DNA of 64,000 bases from Candidatus Calditenuis fumarioli (GCA_030059665.1 JANVYR010000001.1:736001-800000), one strand, 5' to 3'; shown: positions 47,800 to 57,822, counted from the stretch's first letter. A program made the numbers and translations. The notes: generated from the sequence alone by a model not told the origin.

Positions 47800-49062
47800 T
47801 CAACCTCCGAGCGACCGCTCGAGCTCGGGGACGACCTCGGAGTGTGACACCGTAACGAAGGAGGCCTCGAACTGCGACGGCGGCATCAGCACACCGGACT
47901 TCAGAAGGGCATCGAAGAAGGCCCTGAACGACCCCGCGTCCGAGGACTTTGCGTCCCTGTAGTTCCTAACGCGTCTTCCGCGGGTGAAGAAGACCGTGAA
48001 CATGGAGCCGACCCTGTTCAGAACGGGGCCCTCACCGAACCCGGAGGCCAGCTTCAGCAGCGCGTCACCGACCCTCCTCCCCACGTCCTCGAGGACCTCG
48101 TACGTCCCACTGCTCAGGCTCCTGACGGTCGCAAGGCCCACGGCCATCACCAGAGGGTTGCCGGCGAAGGTGCCAGCGTGGTAGACTGGCCCCTCAGGCG
48201 CGAGGAGCCTCATCACCTCGGACCTCCCTCCCACGCATCCTATCGGCAGCCCTCCTCCCAGGACCTTCCCGAGGCACGTGAGGTCTGGCTCAACCCGGTA
48301 GAGCTCCTGGGCTCCACCCTTAGCCACCCTGAAGCCCGTAACGACCTCGTCGAAGACGAGGAGACATCCCTCTCTGTCAGCGACCTCCCTCAGCTCCTCG
48401 AGGAACCCGTCCTCGGGCGTCACGACCCCCATGTTCGCCGGTATAGGCTCGAGGAGAATGGCTGCGACCTGGCCCCTGTGACTTCTGAGCGCCCTCCTTA
48501 CGGATTCCACGTCGTTGAACGGCACCACGATTGTGTCGGCCACCACCTCGTCCGGTATCCCAGCTGAGAATGGAACACCGATCATCGATTCAGGATCGCG
48601 TGACTCCTTGACGAGGAGCGAATCGGAATGTCCGTGATAGCAGCCTTCGAAGACCAGGACCTTCTTCCTTTTGGTATAAGCCCTGGCGAGCCTGACCGCC
48701 GTCATGACGCTCTCCGTTCCGGAGTTGGTGAACCGCACGAGCTCCACAGACCTGAAGGATTTGGTGACCTCCTCCGCGAGCTCGACCTCGAGCTCACACG
48801 TCAGGCCCAGCATATGCCCCTCCCTGATCCTCTCAACCGCGGCCGCGACGACCTCATCCTGTGCGTGCCCCAAGATTATCGAGCCCCATCCGCAGATCAG
48901 ATCGATGTACCTCCTTCCGTCCTGATCGTACACGAATGGGCCCTTCGCCCTGGCGAGGACTACGGGATTGGAGCCCACCGACCGGAAGGCCCTCACAGGG
49001 CTGTTAACCCCTCCTACCAGGACCCTCTTGGCCCTCTCGAGGACGAGCGAAGAGCCCATCAC
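47800..49062 (-). CDS. hemL: Glutamate-1-semialdehyde 2,1-aminomutase
   Basis: GGVNSPVRAF, NSGTES, FDEVVTGFR, LGKVLGGGLP, PSQFEA. Confidence 0.96.
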   Translation of the reverse strand: MMGSSLVLERAKRVLVGGVNSPVRAFRSVGSNPVVLARAKGPFVYDQDGRRYIDLICGWGSIILGHAQDEVVAAAVERIREGHMLGLTCELEVELAEEVTKSFRSVELVRFTNSGTESVMTAVRLARAYTKRKKVLVFEGCYHGHSDSLLVKESRDPESMIGVPFSAGIPDEVVADTIVVPFNDVESVRRALRSHRGQVAAILLEPIPANMGVVTPEDGFLEELREVADREGCLLVFDEVVTGFRVAKGGAQELYRVEPDLTCLGKVLGGGLPIGCVGGRSEVMRLLAPEGPVYHAGTFAGNPLVMAVGLATVRSLSSGTYEVLEDVGRRVGDALLKLASGFGEGPVLNRVGSMFTVFFTRGRRVRNYRDAKSSDAGSFRAFFDALLKSGVLMPPSQFEASFVTVSHSEVVPELERSLGG

Positions 49063-50039
49063 CTACCACCCCGCAGCAGCTCCGCCACCTCCAGGGCCGA
49101 GTAGGTGATGATGACGTCAGCTCCCGCACGCCTGATCGCCATGAGCGCCTCAAGCTCCACCTGAAGGTCGTTGAGCCATCCGAGCCTGCCGGCGGCCCTG
49201 ATCATCGCGTACTCGCCGCTCACGTGGTAAGCAGCGATGGGGACGTTGAAGCGCCTCCTCACCTCAGCTATGACGTCCAGGTAGAAGAGAGCAGGCTTGA
49301 CCATGACGATGTCGGCCCCCTCAGCCACGTCCAGCTCGACCTCCCTGACGGCCTCTCTGGCGTTGGCTGGGTCCATCTGGTAAGTGGACCTGTCGCCGAA
49401 GGCTGGGGCGGATCCGGCGGCCTCCCTGAAGGGGCCGTAGAGCGAAGACGCGAACTTGGCGCTGTAGGACATGATGAGCGTGTCGGTGTAACCTTCCCTG
49501 TCGAGGGCCCTCCTGATCGCGGCCACCTGATGGTCCATCATGGCGCTGGGTGCGACGACGTCCGCTCCAGCCTCAGCGTGGCTCACCGCGGTGCGGGCCA
49601 ATAGCTCGAGCGTCTCGTCGTTCACCACCTTCCCGTTCCTCACGACTCCACAATGCCCGTGGGAGGTGTACTGGCACAGGCAGACGTCCGTCGCTATCAC
49701 GCCCCTGTACCCGCTCGCCCTGAGGGCCCTGACCGCCCTCTGGACTATCCCCTCCCTGCTGTAGGCCATCGATCCCAGCTCGTCCTTCACCGAAGGGATG
49801 CCGAAGACGAGCAGCCCGGCCACCCCCAGCTCCTCAGCCCTCGGCGCGACGTCGTTCACCAGCACGTCCACCGAGACCCTCTCCACCCCGGGAAGCGAGT
49901 TCAGGGGCTCCCTGATCCCCTCCCCCTCCCTCACGAAGACCGGGTATAGGAACCTCGAGGGCCGTAGGTCCGTCTCCCTCACCATCGACCTTATCGCCGG
50001 AGAGATCCTGAGCCTTCTGAGCCTCACCACCTCATGCAA
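49059..50039 (-). CDS. hemB: Porphobilinogen synthase (Zn-type)
   Basis: DVCLCQYTSHGHCG, APSAMMD, YGPFREA, MVKPAL, YHVSGEY. Confidence 0.96.
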   Translation of the reverse strand: MHEVVRLRRLRISPAIRSMVRETDLRPSRFLYPVFVREGEGIREPLNSLPGVERVSVDVLVNDVAPRAEELGVAGLLVFGIPSVKDELGSMAYSREGIVQRAVRALRASGYRGVIATDVCLCQYTSHGHCGVVRNGKVVNDETLELLARTAVSHAEAGADVVAPSAMMDHQVAAIRRALDREGYTDTLIMSYSAKFASSLYGPFREAAGSAPAFGDRSTYQMDPANAREAVREVELDVAEGADIVMVKPALFYLDVIAEVRRRFNVPIAAYHVSGEYAMIRAAGRLGWLNDLQVELEALMAIRRAGADVIITYSALEVAELLRGGR

Positions 50040-50760
50040 CGCGCATCACCCTCCGGAGCTCCCTGACCAGGCCGTCGAGCGAGTGCTCCTCAGCAACTGC
50101 CATCACCTCCAGTCCATGTTCCCTAGCGGCCGCCGAGGTAACCGGTCCAATGCAGATCGCCGGCCTCGGTTCGCAGCCTTGTAGCTCGCAGAGCGTCCGG
50201 TAAGCCCTGGCAGCGCTCGGAGAGCCCAGAAGGACGACCGAGTGATCCCTCGGCAGCTCCACGTCCTCTCTCACCCTGACCGAATAGGCCCTAACCTGCA
50301 CGACGCTCCTAGCGCCTCTCCTCAGCAAGGCTGAAACGAGCTCGTCGCTTGCAAGGGCGGATCTGAAGGCTATCACCGATGTGCCCTCGACGTCAGGCAG
50401 TTCCTCGGCTAGAGCGGAGACCGTGTACCTCTTCGGGACGAAAACCTCACCGTCCCAGATCGCCCTTAAGGCTTCGGCGCTCGCTGGCCCGACGGCCCCG
50501 ACGCGTCTCAGACCGTCAAGCGGTCTCCTCAGCCCCACACGATCGGCGACGAGCGAGATCGACCGCACGGCGTTTACGCTGGTGAATATCCCCCAGTCGT
50601 ATTCGCGTATCGATCTGAGTGATTCGGCAACCACATTGAAGTTCGTTTCCTCTACTAACGCGTCGAGTGCTGTAAACGGGATCCCGATTCTGTTGAGGAC
50701 CGAACCGGCTCTCCTGCAGAACCCTTCCGTTCCGACGACCAGGACGTTAATAGCCCGCAT
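50032..50760 (-). CDS. hemD: Uroporphyrinogen-III synthase
   Basis: FTSVNAV, AVGPASA, GSPSAA, CIGPVTS. Confidence 0.85.
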   Translation of the reverse strand: MRAINVLVVGTEGFCRRAGSVLNRIGIPFTALDALVEETNFNVVAESLRSIREYDWGIFTSVNAVRSISLVADRVGLRRPLDGLRRVGAVGPASAEALRAIWDGEVFVPKRYTVSALAEELPDVEGTSVIAFRSALASDELVSALLRRGARSVVQVRAYSVRVREDVELPRDHSVVLLGSPSAARAYRTLCELQGCEPRPAICIGPVTSAAAREHGLEVMAVAEEHSLDGLVRELRRVMRVA

Positions 50761-51644
50761 CAGCCCCCACCACTCATCTCCTTCACGATTCGATCGATCA
50801 GGCGGTCAACCGAGTCCAGAGGTCCCTCGACGTTCGACCTCCTGAGCCCTCTATCGCCGGTGCTCACCGCAACGATCCTGATGCGACCGTCAGCCACCAT
50901 TGCGTTGACTCCGACTGGGACCCTGCAGCCTCCGCCGAGCAGTCGGGCGACCCTCCGCTCGACCTCCACCTCGAGCCTAGCCTTTCTGTCCTCTATGGTG
51001 CCGAAGAGCTCGACCAACTCGGCGTTCTCGGCGAGGCACTCCACTGCTATCGCTCCCTGACCCGGTGCTGGAACGAGGCGATCCACATCGAAGACCTCCG
51101 ATGCCAGATGGTCGAGTCCCAGACGCTTGAGCGCAGCATACGAGATCACCGCGGCATCGCATGCGCTGTGCTCCAGAACCTTCCTGACCCTCGTGTCGAC
51201 GTTCCCCCTCAACTCGACTATCTCGACGTCTGGCCTCAGCTCCCTCAACTGCACCGCTCGCCTCTCGCTTGACGTCCCTACCTTTGCACCGCTCCTCAGC
51301 TCGTGAAGCGACCTCCTGTCCCTCGAGACTAGGGCGTCGCGCGGGTCGTCCCGCAGGGGCACCGACGCGAGGACCAGTCCATCGGGCCCCTCCAGCGGAA
51401 GGTCCTTCAGGCTGTGCACCGCGGCGTCTATCTCGCCGTCGAGGCACTTCTGCTGCAGCGTCCTGACGAAGGCCCCCTTCCCCCAGCTCCCAGGACGCGT
51501 CGGCTGGTCCTCATCCCCCTCCGCCACCACCTTCACGATCTCTACATCGACGTCGGGATGTCTGCCCTGTAGCAAACGGGCAACCGTCTCCGCCTGCATC
51601 ACGGCCAGCCTGCTCCTCCTCGTTCCCAGCCTTACGCTCCTCAC
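50760..51644 (-). CDS. hemC: Hydroxymethylbilane synthase (porphobilinogen deaminase)
   Basis: GTRRSRLA, AVHSLKD, GTSSERR, RGNVDTR, PAPGQG, GGGCRVP. Confidence 0.95.
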   Translation of the reverse strand: MRSVRLGTRRSRLAVMQAETVARLLQGRHPDVDVEIVKVVAEGDEDQPTRPGSWGKGAFVRTLQQKCLDGEIDAAVHSLKDLPLEGPDGLVLASVPLRDDPRDALVSRDRRSLHELRSGAKVGTSSERRAVQLRELRPDVEIVELRGNVDTRVRKVLEHSACDAAVISYAALKRLGLDHLASEVFDVDRLVPAPGQGAIAVECLAENAELVELFGTIEDRKARLEVEVERRVARLLGGGCRVPVGVNAMVADGRIRIVAVSTGDRGLRRSNVEGPLDSVDRLIDRIVKEMSGGG

Positions 51645-52849
51645 TGCCGGACACGCCCCGCTGCTAGGACCACCTCGAGGCCGTGGGGCGAGGCAGACGC
51701 ATCAGTCACGTCACCGTTCTCGGGAATCGCCCTGATGTTCTCGGTGAGGTCGTGCAGAAGCCTGTTGGCGAGCCGCTCCAGCGCCTTCCGGAGGACGCCT
51801 TCAGGGCCGAGCCCTCGGCCCAACATGGTCATCGCGGTTGCGAGCTCCTCCTCGATCGCGCTCGCCGCCTTGGACCTGATGAGGCGTACCGTCTCCTCGG
51901 CCGAGATCCTCTCGGAGAGCCACTCGAGCGACTCCTCCACGGCCCCCTTTATCACCGATCGGGCGACCAGCAGCTCGCGTTCCGATATCCTGAACCGCTT
52001 TTCCGCAATCTCGGCCACGTCGTCCACGTTCATGTAATTTCCGCAGGCGTCGCGTACCTGAGATGGGTCGAGGGAGCGCGGGAAGGAGAGGTCCACGACG
52101 ACTTCGGGACGCTTCCCCTCGATGACCCTCCTCAGCACGTCCCCGGCCACTGGTCCCTTAGTCGCCGAAACGACGGCATCGAAACCACCTTTCCCCAGAT
52201 CGTCCAGTCGGTCCCAATGTACGGTGAATATGTGACCTACATCCCAATCGAGCTCCCTTCTGCGGGTCAACGCGTAGAGCCTGATGTCCCTGCCGGAGGA
52301 CCGCAGTGACCTCGCGACGTCGATCGCCATGCTCCCTGAGCCCACCAACAGGACCCTTGAGCCGTCGCTCAGGAACTCCGAAACCAGCTCGCCGGTGAAC
52401 GTGCCGAGCGACCTGTAAGGGACATCCAGAACGTTCCTTATCCTTCTGCCGACGGAGGAGGCCAGCCTGAGGAGTTCCCGCAGGACCGACGAGTACTTGC
52501 CCTCCCCGTACACCTCCGCGTTCTCCACCTGGTCGGCGATCTGCGGTTCGAAGGGCACCGCTGACTCGAGCCCCGAGGCGACCGAAAGCAGATGCTCGAG
52601 CGCGGAACGGCCCAGGTGAACGTAGTGCCCCTCTGTCTCCTTGAACGGGGAGGCGCCGTATTCCCCCTCCGACGGCAGCAGCGCGACCATCTCGATCCTG
52701 TGGCAGGTCTTCACCAGTGCGATCGAACGGGCCCGTACGGTCCTGAACGCTTCCCCTCCCGCGACTGCCCTGCTCAACTCGGTGTACAACACCTCCCGGG
52801 TTTGGATGGAGGCCGTTTTGTAATTGACACCAATTATACCCAGCAGCAC
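51641..52849 (-). CDS. hemA: Glutamyl-tRNA reductase (divergent)
   Basis: GVNYKTA, KTCHRIE catalytic Cys, VASGLES, VGSGSM, VDLSFPRS; GTG start at 52849. Confidence 0.85.
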   Translation of the reverse strand: MLLGIIGVNYKTASIQTREVLYTELSRAVAGGEAFRTVRARSIALVKTCHRIEMVALLPSEGEYGASPFKETEGHYVHLGRSALEHLLSVASGLESAVPFEPQIADQVENAEVYGEGKYSSVLRELLRLASSVGRRIRNVLDVPYRSLGTFTGELVSEFLSDGSRVLLVGSGSMAIDVARSLRSSGRDIRLYALTRRRELDWDVGHIFTVHWDRLDDLGKGGFDAVVSATKGPVAGDVLRRVIEGKRPEVVVDLSFPRSLDPSQVRDACGNYMNVDDVAEIAEKRFRISERELLVARSVIKGAVEESLEWLSERISAEETVRLIRSKAASAIEEELATAMTMLGRGLGPEGVLRKALERLANRLLHDLTENIRAIPENGDVTDASASPHGLEVVLAAGRVRQ

Positions 52850-52850
52850 C

Positions 52851-52873
52851 TTGTGATTTTCCTTGTGATTTTC
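52851..52873. repeat. Direct repeat TTGTGATTTTC x2 immediately upstream of hemA
   Basis: Copies at 52851-52861 and 52863-52873. Confidence 0.6.
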
Positions 52874-53168
52874 ACCAAATGTTGCGCGCATTTTTGTCAA
52901 AAAAATGAAACTGGTCCTTTATATAAAATTTCCTCGGCAACGCCTGGACTACCGTGAGCGCAGATGGAAACCCAAAGAGGTCGCGTCCCTGCTCGGAGCC
53001 ATGCGAAGTGACTAGGCGGAGATCGCACCGCCATTCGAGTGAGGGTTCGATGCTCGCGCTCTGAACGCCTGTTGGGAACGGGCCACGTCGAGAGTCCCCG
53101 GCATCCCATCGATGGGGTGCCATCTTTACCATAGCAAACCTTTTGGTCCGTGACGACGGACTCGAAAT

Positions 53169-54224
53169 GTGATGCCGCCACTCGTTGACCTCCACGAGGA
53201 CATATCGCTCTACTACGTGACGCAGGGAGCTGGGCTCAGGTTCGGCGTGGCGGACTTCGGGATCGATCTGGAGGGGAGGCACTGCGACATACCCAAGTAC
53301 GAGAGGAGCAACACGAGGCTCGTCTTCGCCGCGATAGCGCCGCTGACGCCGACCATCTCTCCAAAGCGCGTCGAGAGGCTCACGAGCTTGTATGGGGCGC
53401 CCTTCGGAGGTTACAGGGTCAGGGCACCCCTCTCGGCAGCGCTGGAGCACATCACCGTCTACAGGAACCTGTTCAGGATGCACGGCGACAGGCTCTTCCC
53501 CGTCAGGACCCTCTGGGACCTGGAGAGGGTAGAGCGCGGTCAGGGCATAGGCCTGTTGCTCGCACTGGAGGGCGCCGAGCCGCTGGAGGACGTGGAGGAC
53601 CTCGAGCTGCTCTACGACCTGGGCCTGAGGTCGCTGCAGCTGACGTGGAACTTCGACAACAGGTACGGTGCCTCGTGCATGTCGAGGAAGGACTACGGCC
53701 TCACGGGCGACGGTGAGGAGCTGATAGCGCTCTGCAACAGGCTCGGCGTGATCGTGGACCTAGCCCATGCCAGCAAGAGGACGACGCTCGAGGTGATCGA
53801 GGCATCGAGGCTGCCGGTCATCGTCAGCCACGCCAACTTCAGGACCGTCAGGGATCATCCTAGGAACGTCGACGACGAGCAGCTCGAGGCACTCAACAGG
53901 AACCGCGGCGTGGTGGGAGTAACGTTCATACCGCCCACGATATCGGATCACCCCTCGGTGGAGGCGCTGGCAGATCACATAGTGTATGCTTGCGAGCGAT
54001 TCGGGCCTCAGCTGGTGGCGATCGGGACGGATTACTTCGGGCTGCTCAACATGGTCGAGCCGAGGGGGCTCGAGGAGGTCTCGAGGATTGGGAACCTCTG
54101 GCGGGAGCTGGAACGGAGAGGCCTTGGGGAGCGGGAGATCCGGATGATCGCTTACGAGAACGCGATGCGGGTCATCAGGGAGAACGCCGCCAGGTGGAGG
54201 CTCAGCTCGCTCGCGTCGACCTGA
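53169..54224 (+). CDS. Membrane dipeptidase (peptidase M19) family protein
   Basis: VDLHED, LALEGAE, LTWNFDN, DLAHAS, SHAN, IGTDYFG. Confidence 0.88.
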   Translation: MMPPLVDLHEDISLYYVTQGAGLRFGVADFGIDLEGRHCDIPKYERSNTRLVFAAIAPLTPTISPKRVERLTSLYGAPFGGYRVRAPLSAALEHITVYRNLFRMHGDRLFPVRTLWDLERVERGQGIGLLLALEGAEPLEDVEDLELLYDLGLRSLQLTWNFDNRYGASCMSRKDYGLTGDGEELIALCNRLGVIVDLAHASKRTTLEVIEASRLPVIVSHANFRTVRDHPRNVDDEQLEALNRNRGVVGVTFIPPTISDHPSVEALADHIVYACERFGPQLVAIGTDYFGLLNMVEPRGLEEVSRIGNLWRELERRGLGEREIRMIAYENAMRVIRENAARWRLSSLAST

Positions 54225-54296
54225 GGGGCCCTCATTTCACGCGGAGGTATGAAGGAACGGGGTTAACGTTATTGACGGGAAGGGAGCTGCTGGTGA

Positions 54297-54371
54297 GGGG
54301 CCGTAGTCTAGCATGGAGTGGACGCCCGGCTTGGGCCCGGGAGGTCGTGGGTTCAAATCCCACCGGCCCCA
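54297..54371 (+). tRNA. tRNA-Pro(UGG), no intron, CCA not encoded
   Basis: GGGGCCG/CGGCCCC acceptor, GTCT/GGAC D stem, CCCGG-CT-TGG-GC-CCGGG, GTGGG-TTCAAAT-CCCAC. Confidence 0.93.
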
Positions 54372-54397
54372 CACCCGGTTGGATGACGTAGACCCCC

Positions 54398-54817
54398 TCA
54401 CCGACCTGATCTCCTTCCGCCTTCGCGAACCTCAACTATCCTCATGAGCGGGTACCTCAACCCCTTGACGTAGCCGAGCCTCGCCCTCACCGCACAGCCG
54501 GCATACTCCACGACGACCTCAGCCGATATGTCGCGCTGACCGATCTCGCCGTAGGAGTAGGGGCCGCGGCCGCGCCTGACCGACCTGATCCTCACCCTCA
54601 CGCTCCTCCTGAACGGCTGCGCCAGCACCGACGAAGCCACCCCCCTTGCCAGCTCCTCCCTCCCTCTGCTGGTCCTCGGCATGGGAAGCCCCACCAGCGA
54701 GTGGTAGATCGTGGCCAGCGCAATTCCCGCCTCGAAAGCCGCCCTCTCCCTCGGCGTGACGCCCTTTGCGAAGTACCTCGCAGCCGGGTCTTTGAGGGTC
54801 CTCCCCACGACGCCCAC
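54398..54817 (-). CDS. Archaeal dihydroneopterin aldolase (MptD/DHNA family)
   Basis: RERAAFEAGIALATIYHSLVGLP, QPF, YPLM. Confidence 0.75.
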   Translation of the reverse strand: MGVVGRTLKDPAARYFAKGVTPRERAAFEAGIALATIYHSLVGLPMPRTSRGREELARGVASSVLAQPFRRSVRVRIRSVRRGRGPYSYGEIGQRDISAEVVVEYAGCAVRARLGYVKGLRYPLMRIVEVREGGRRSGR

Positions 54818-54853
54818 GGAACAGGGCCAGAAGACGTTGAGATTATAGTTGTC

Positions 54854-55336
54854 TCAGAGCTTCGCGAGGAACCTCTCCCACTCCTCCTCGTCGTCGATCT
54901 CGTCCTCGAGGAGCTCCTCGAAGAGCTCGTGAGTTACCACGTCGGTGTTCCTGTACTTCTCGACCATCTCGTTGTAGAACCTGATGGCGCACTGCTCAGC
55001 CCTCAGCACGTCCTCGATCACCTTCCTCAGGTCTGTCGGGTCCTCTGGCGGGGCTATGTAGCCGCACCTCGACGTAGTGAGGAGCTTGGAGAAGTCCATC
55101 ACAGGCCTCCCTCCCAGCTGGATGATCCTCTGAGCCAGCTTCTCCGCGTGCTTCAGCTCGTCCATCGACTGCTTGAGGAGGACGGGCCTGAGCGTGTCGG
55201 CGTCTATCCCCCTGATCCACTGGGCAGCGAGCCAGTACTGGTAGTGGGCGAGCCACTCGTCCGCATAGGCCTGGAGCAGGTCCTTCAGGACCTCGTTCAC
55301 GTCGACCTTCAGGATTTCCCTCGCTGTCCTGCCCAT
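54854..55336 (-). CDS. Dps-like/ferritin-family protein (DPSL)
   Basis: YADEWLAHYQYW, ELKHAE.LAQRIIQLGG, AEQCAIRFY, DEIDDE. Confidence 0.85.
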   Translation of the reverse strand: MGRTAREILKVDVNEVLKDLLQAYADEWLAHYQYWLAAQWIRGIDADTLRPVLLKQSMDELKHAEKLAQRIIQLGGRPVMDFSKLLTTSRCGYIAPPEDPTDLRKVIEDVLRAEQCAIRFYNEMVEKYRNTDVVTHELFEELLEDEIDDEEEWERFLAKL

Positions 55337-55470
55337 TGCGGTCAACAATTCGGCTTCCGGTATTTCTGTCTTGCCAGAGGGGTCTCCGACGGGGTTGTTC
55401 GGTGACGGACGAGGCCCAAAAAGCTGCGGGTCGAGGCGTTGTCAGGTCTAAGACGTAAGCGACGACGTAC

Positions 55471-57771
55471 TTGGAGGACTCGGGATTGCTGCCTCCGTAC
55501 GTCGACCATCTGAGGCGTCTCACCGGCGCCGGTTACAGGTGCGTCGTCTACGTCGCGAAGACTCAGAACTGGTCAGGGGTGCTCAGCGAGGTGGTCTCAA
55601 CGTATCTGTCCATCCGAGGAAAGGACCGCAGGTTCCTGCTCGCGGTCCGGGATCCGGGTGACGATTCGGCCCAGACCATCAGGGGCGTCCTCGAGTCGCA
55701 CGGCGTCCCCTATTCCGTCGTCAACTACGAGGATTGCGAGAAGGCGCTGGGGAGCACGTGGGATTCGCTCGTCATGGACATCTCATACCAGTTCAGGCCG
55801 AACGATCTCGGCATATTGGTCGAGGTCGTCAGGGGAGGCGGGGTCGTGATCGTTGTGGGGCCTCCCATCGAGGGCCTTGAATACTGGGTCACCGATTTCC
55901 ACAAAAAGAGCGTCGTCCCTCCCTTCGGGATCGGGGAGCTTCGGAGGCGTTTCGAGAAAAGGATGCTGGAGATGAGCATCGGTCGTCGCGGCTTGATCTA
56001 TCTGGCCGATCGGGTCGAGTTGCCACAGATCCCCGGAGACGTCGATCTGATGAAACCGGTTCCGAGGAGGCCCTATCCAGAGGTCACGGGTCAGAGGTTC
56101 CGAAAGGAGTTGTACGAGATGTGCGCCACCTGGGAGCAGGCCGAGCTGCTGAGGGCCTTCGAGGACCTCGTTGCGCGAAAGAGGTGGGCCTTCGTGCTGA
56201 AGGCTAACCGGGGGAGGGGGAAGTCGGCGGCCATCGGCATCCTCGCTGCGGCCTTGATGTCGGATCGGAGGTTGAGGAAGAGGTTCAGGAGGATCCTCGT
56301 GACCGCACCCCACCCCGACAACGCGAGGACGCTCTTCGAGTTCGCGGTCAAAGGGCTCGAGAGGCTCGGAATCAGGTTCTTCGTAACTGAGAGGAACGGG
56401 TCCATCGTCGAGGTCCGCTGCGGCCCCTCCTCCCTGTACTACGTCAGCCCTTACATCGCGGTCAACAGGCACGCGAACCTCGTGATCGTCGACGAGGCCG
56501 CATCCGTTCCCGTGCCCATACTGATCGGTCTGGCGAAGCGCGCACGTAGGGCGATCTACTCCTCGACCGTCCACGGATACGAGGGGGCTGGGAGGGGCTT
56601 CGTCGTGAGGTTCCTCTCGAGGCTGAGGCGCGAGTTCAGGGAGTCGCTGGTGGAGTTCGAGATGTCCGAGCCCATAAGGTACCCTCCGGGAGACCCCGTG
56701 GAGGAGTGGCTCTACGACGTCCTCCTGCTCAACGCGGAGCCACCGGAGATATCGGACGACCAGATCGGTCCGGAGAACTGCAGCTACGTCAAGCTCGAGA
56801 GGGACGTCCTTTTCTCGAGAGGGGGCGAGAGCGTCCTCCGGCAGCTGGTGGGCCTCCTGGTTCTCACCCACTACAGGAACAGACCCAACGACATAGCCCT
56901 TCTGGGAAACGCACCTCACCACTTCGTGAGGGCCCTGATGCTCCCCGATGGCAGGGTCGTCAACGCCATGCACCTGTGCTACGAGGGCTTCCTGGACGAC
57001 GAGCTGATCGCGGCCATCGAGACGATGGAGAAGGGTCACATGATACCTGCGGTCGTCACAAGGTACTATCCGCCCCTCCGCGGGTTCGGAAGGCTCAAGG
57101 GCATCAGGGTGGTAAGGATCGCCACGCATCCGGCATTGTGGGGCCGGGGCCTGGGGTCATATGCGGTCCAGAGGCTCGTCGAGGAGGCAAGGGAGATGGG
57201 GATGGACTGGGTGGGTTCGGGCTTCGGTGCCACCCCACAGCTCCTCAGGTTCTGGCTCAGGAACGGCTTCCTTCCCATAGCGATAGGGCCGTACAGGAAC
57301 AGGGTCTCGGGCGAGTTCAGCGTCCTGGTCGTTCGACCCTTGACCGAGGAGGCAACGACGTTCGTGACGGAGCTCAGCAGGGAGTTCAGGTTGAGGCTCG
57401 TGACCGGCCTCTCGGATCCGTACTTCGACCTGGACCTCGAGACCGCCTGGCTCCTCCTCAGGAACGGATTGGGCCGAAGGGAGAGGGCCGAGCTGAGGGG
57501 GTTCCAGAGGGAGAGGCTGGAGAACTACCTGCGCGGGTACCTCAACTACGAGGGCGCAGCGGACGGGGTAAGGGCCCTTGCGGAGGCCCACTTCCTCACG
57601 GCGAGCGACCAGAGGCTCGAGCTGAGCGAGCTGGAGGAGAAGCTGTTGCTGGCCAAGACCCTCCAGGGTAGGCGCTGGGACCAGGTCTCCGCACTGCTGA
57701 GGGTCAAGGCGCGCGAGCTGATGGAGCTGATGCGCGACGTGACCAGTAGGCTTTACGGGCACTACGCTTGA
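55471..57771 (+). CDS. tmcA: tRNA(Met) cytidine acetyltransferase (TmcA/Nat10)
   Basis: ANRGRGKSA, VDEAA, STVHGYEGAGRGF, EPIRY, HYRNRPND, RIATHP...GLGS. Confidence 0.93.
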   Translation: MEDSGLLPPYVDHLRRLTGAGYRCVVYVAKTQNWSGVLSEVVSTYLSIRGKDRRFLLAVRDPGDDSAQTIRGVLESHGVPYSVVNYEDCEKALGSTWDSLVMDISYQFRPNDLGILVEVVRGGGVVIVVGPPIEGLEYWVTDFHKKSVVPPFGIGELRRRFEKRMLEMSIGRRGLIYLADRVELPQIPGDVDLMKPVPRRPYPEVTGQRFRKELYEMCATWEQAELLRAFEDLVARKRWAFVLKANRGRGKSAAIGILAAALMSDRRLRKRFRRILVTAPHPDNARTLFEFAVKGLERLGIRFFVTERNGSIVEVRCGPSSLYYVSPYIAVNRHANLVIVDEAASVPVPILIGLAKRARRAIYSSTVHGYEGAGRGFVVRFLSRLRREFRESLVEFEMSEPIRYPPGDPVEEWLYDVLLLNAEPPEISDDQIGPENCSYVKLERDVLFSRGGESVLRQLVGLLVLTHYRNRPNDIALLGNAPHHFVRALMLPDGRVVNAMHLCYEGFLDDELIAAIETMEKGHMIPAVVTRYYPPLRGFGRLKGIRVVRIATHPALWGRGLGSYAVQRLVEEAREMGMDWVGSGFGATPQLLRFWLRNGFLPIAIGPYRNRVSGEFSVLVVRPLTEEATTFVTELSREFRLRLVTGLSDPYFDLDLETAWLLLRNGLGRRERAELRGFQRERLENYLRGYLNYEGAADGVRALAEAHFLTASDQRLELSELEEKLLLAKTLQGRRWDQVSALLRVKARELMELMRDVTSRLYGHYA

Positions 57772-57822
57772 CGATCGCGTGATCCGAAACGGCGTCGTGG
57801 ACCGGGCTAGGACTGAGACGTC

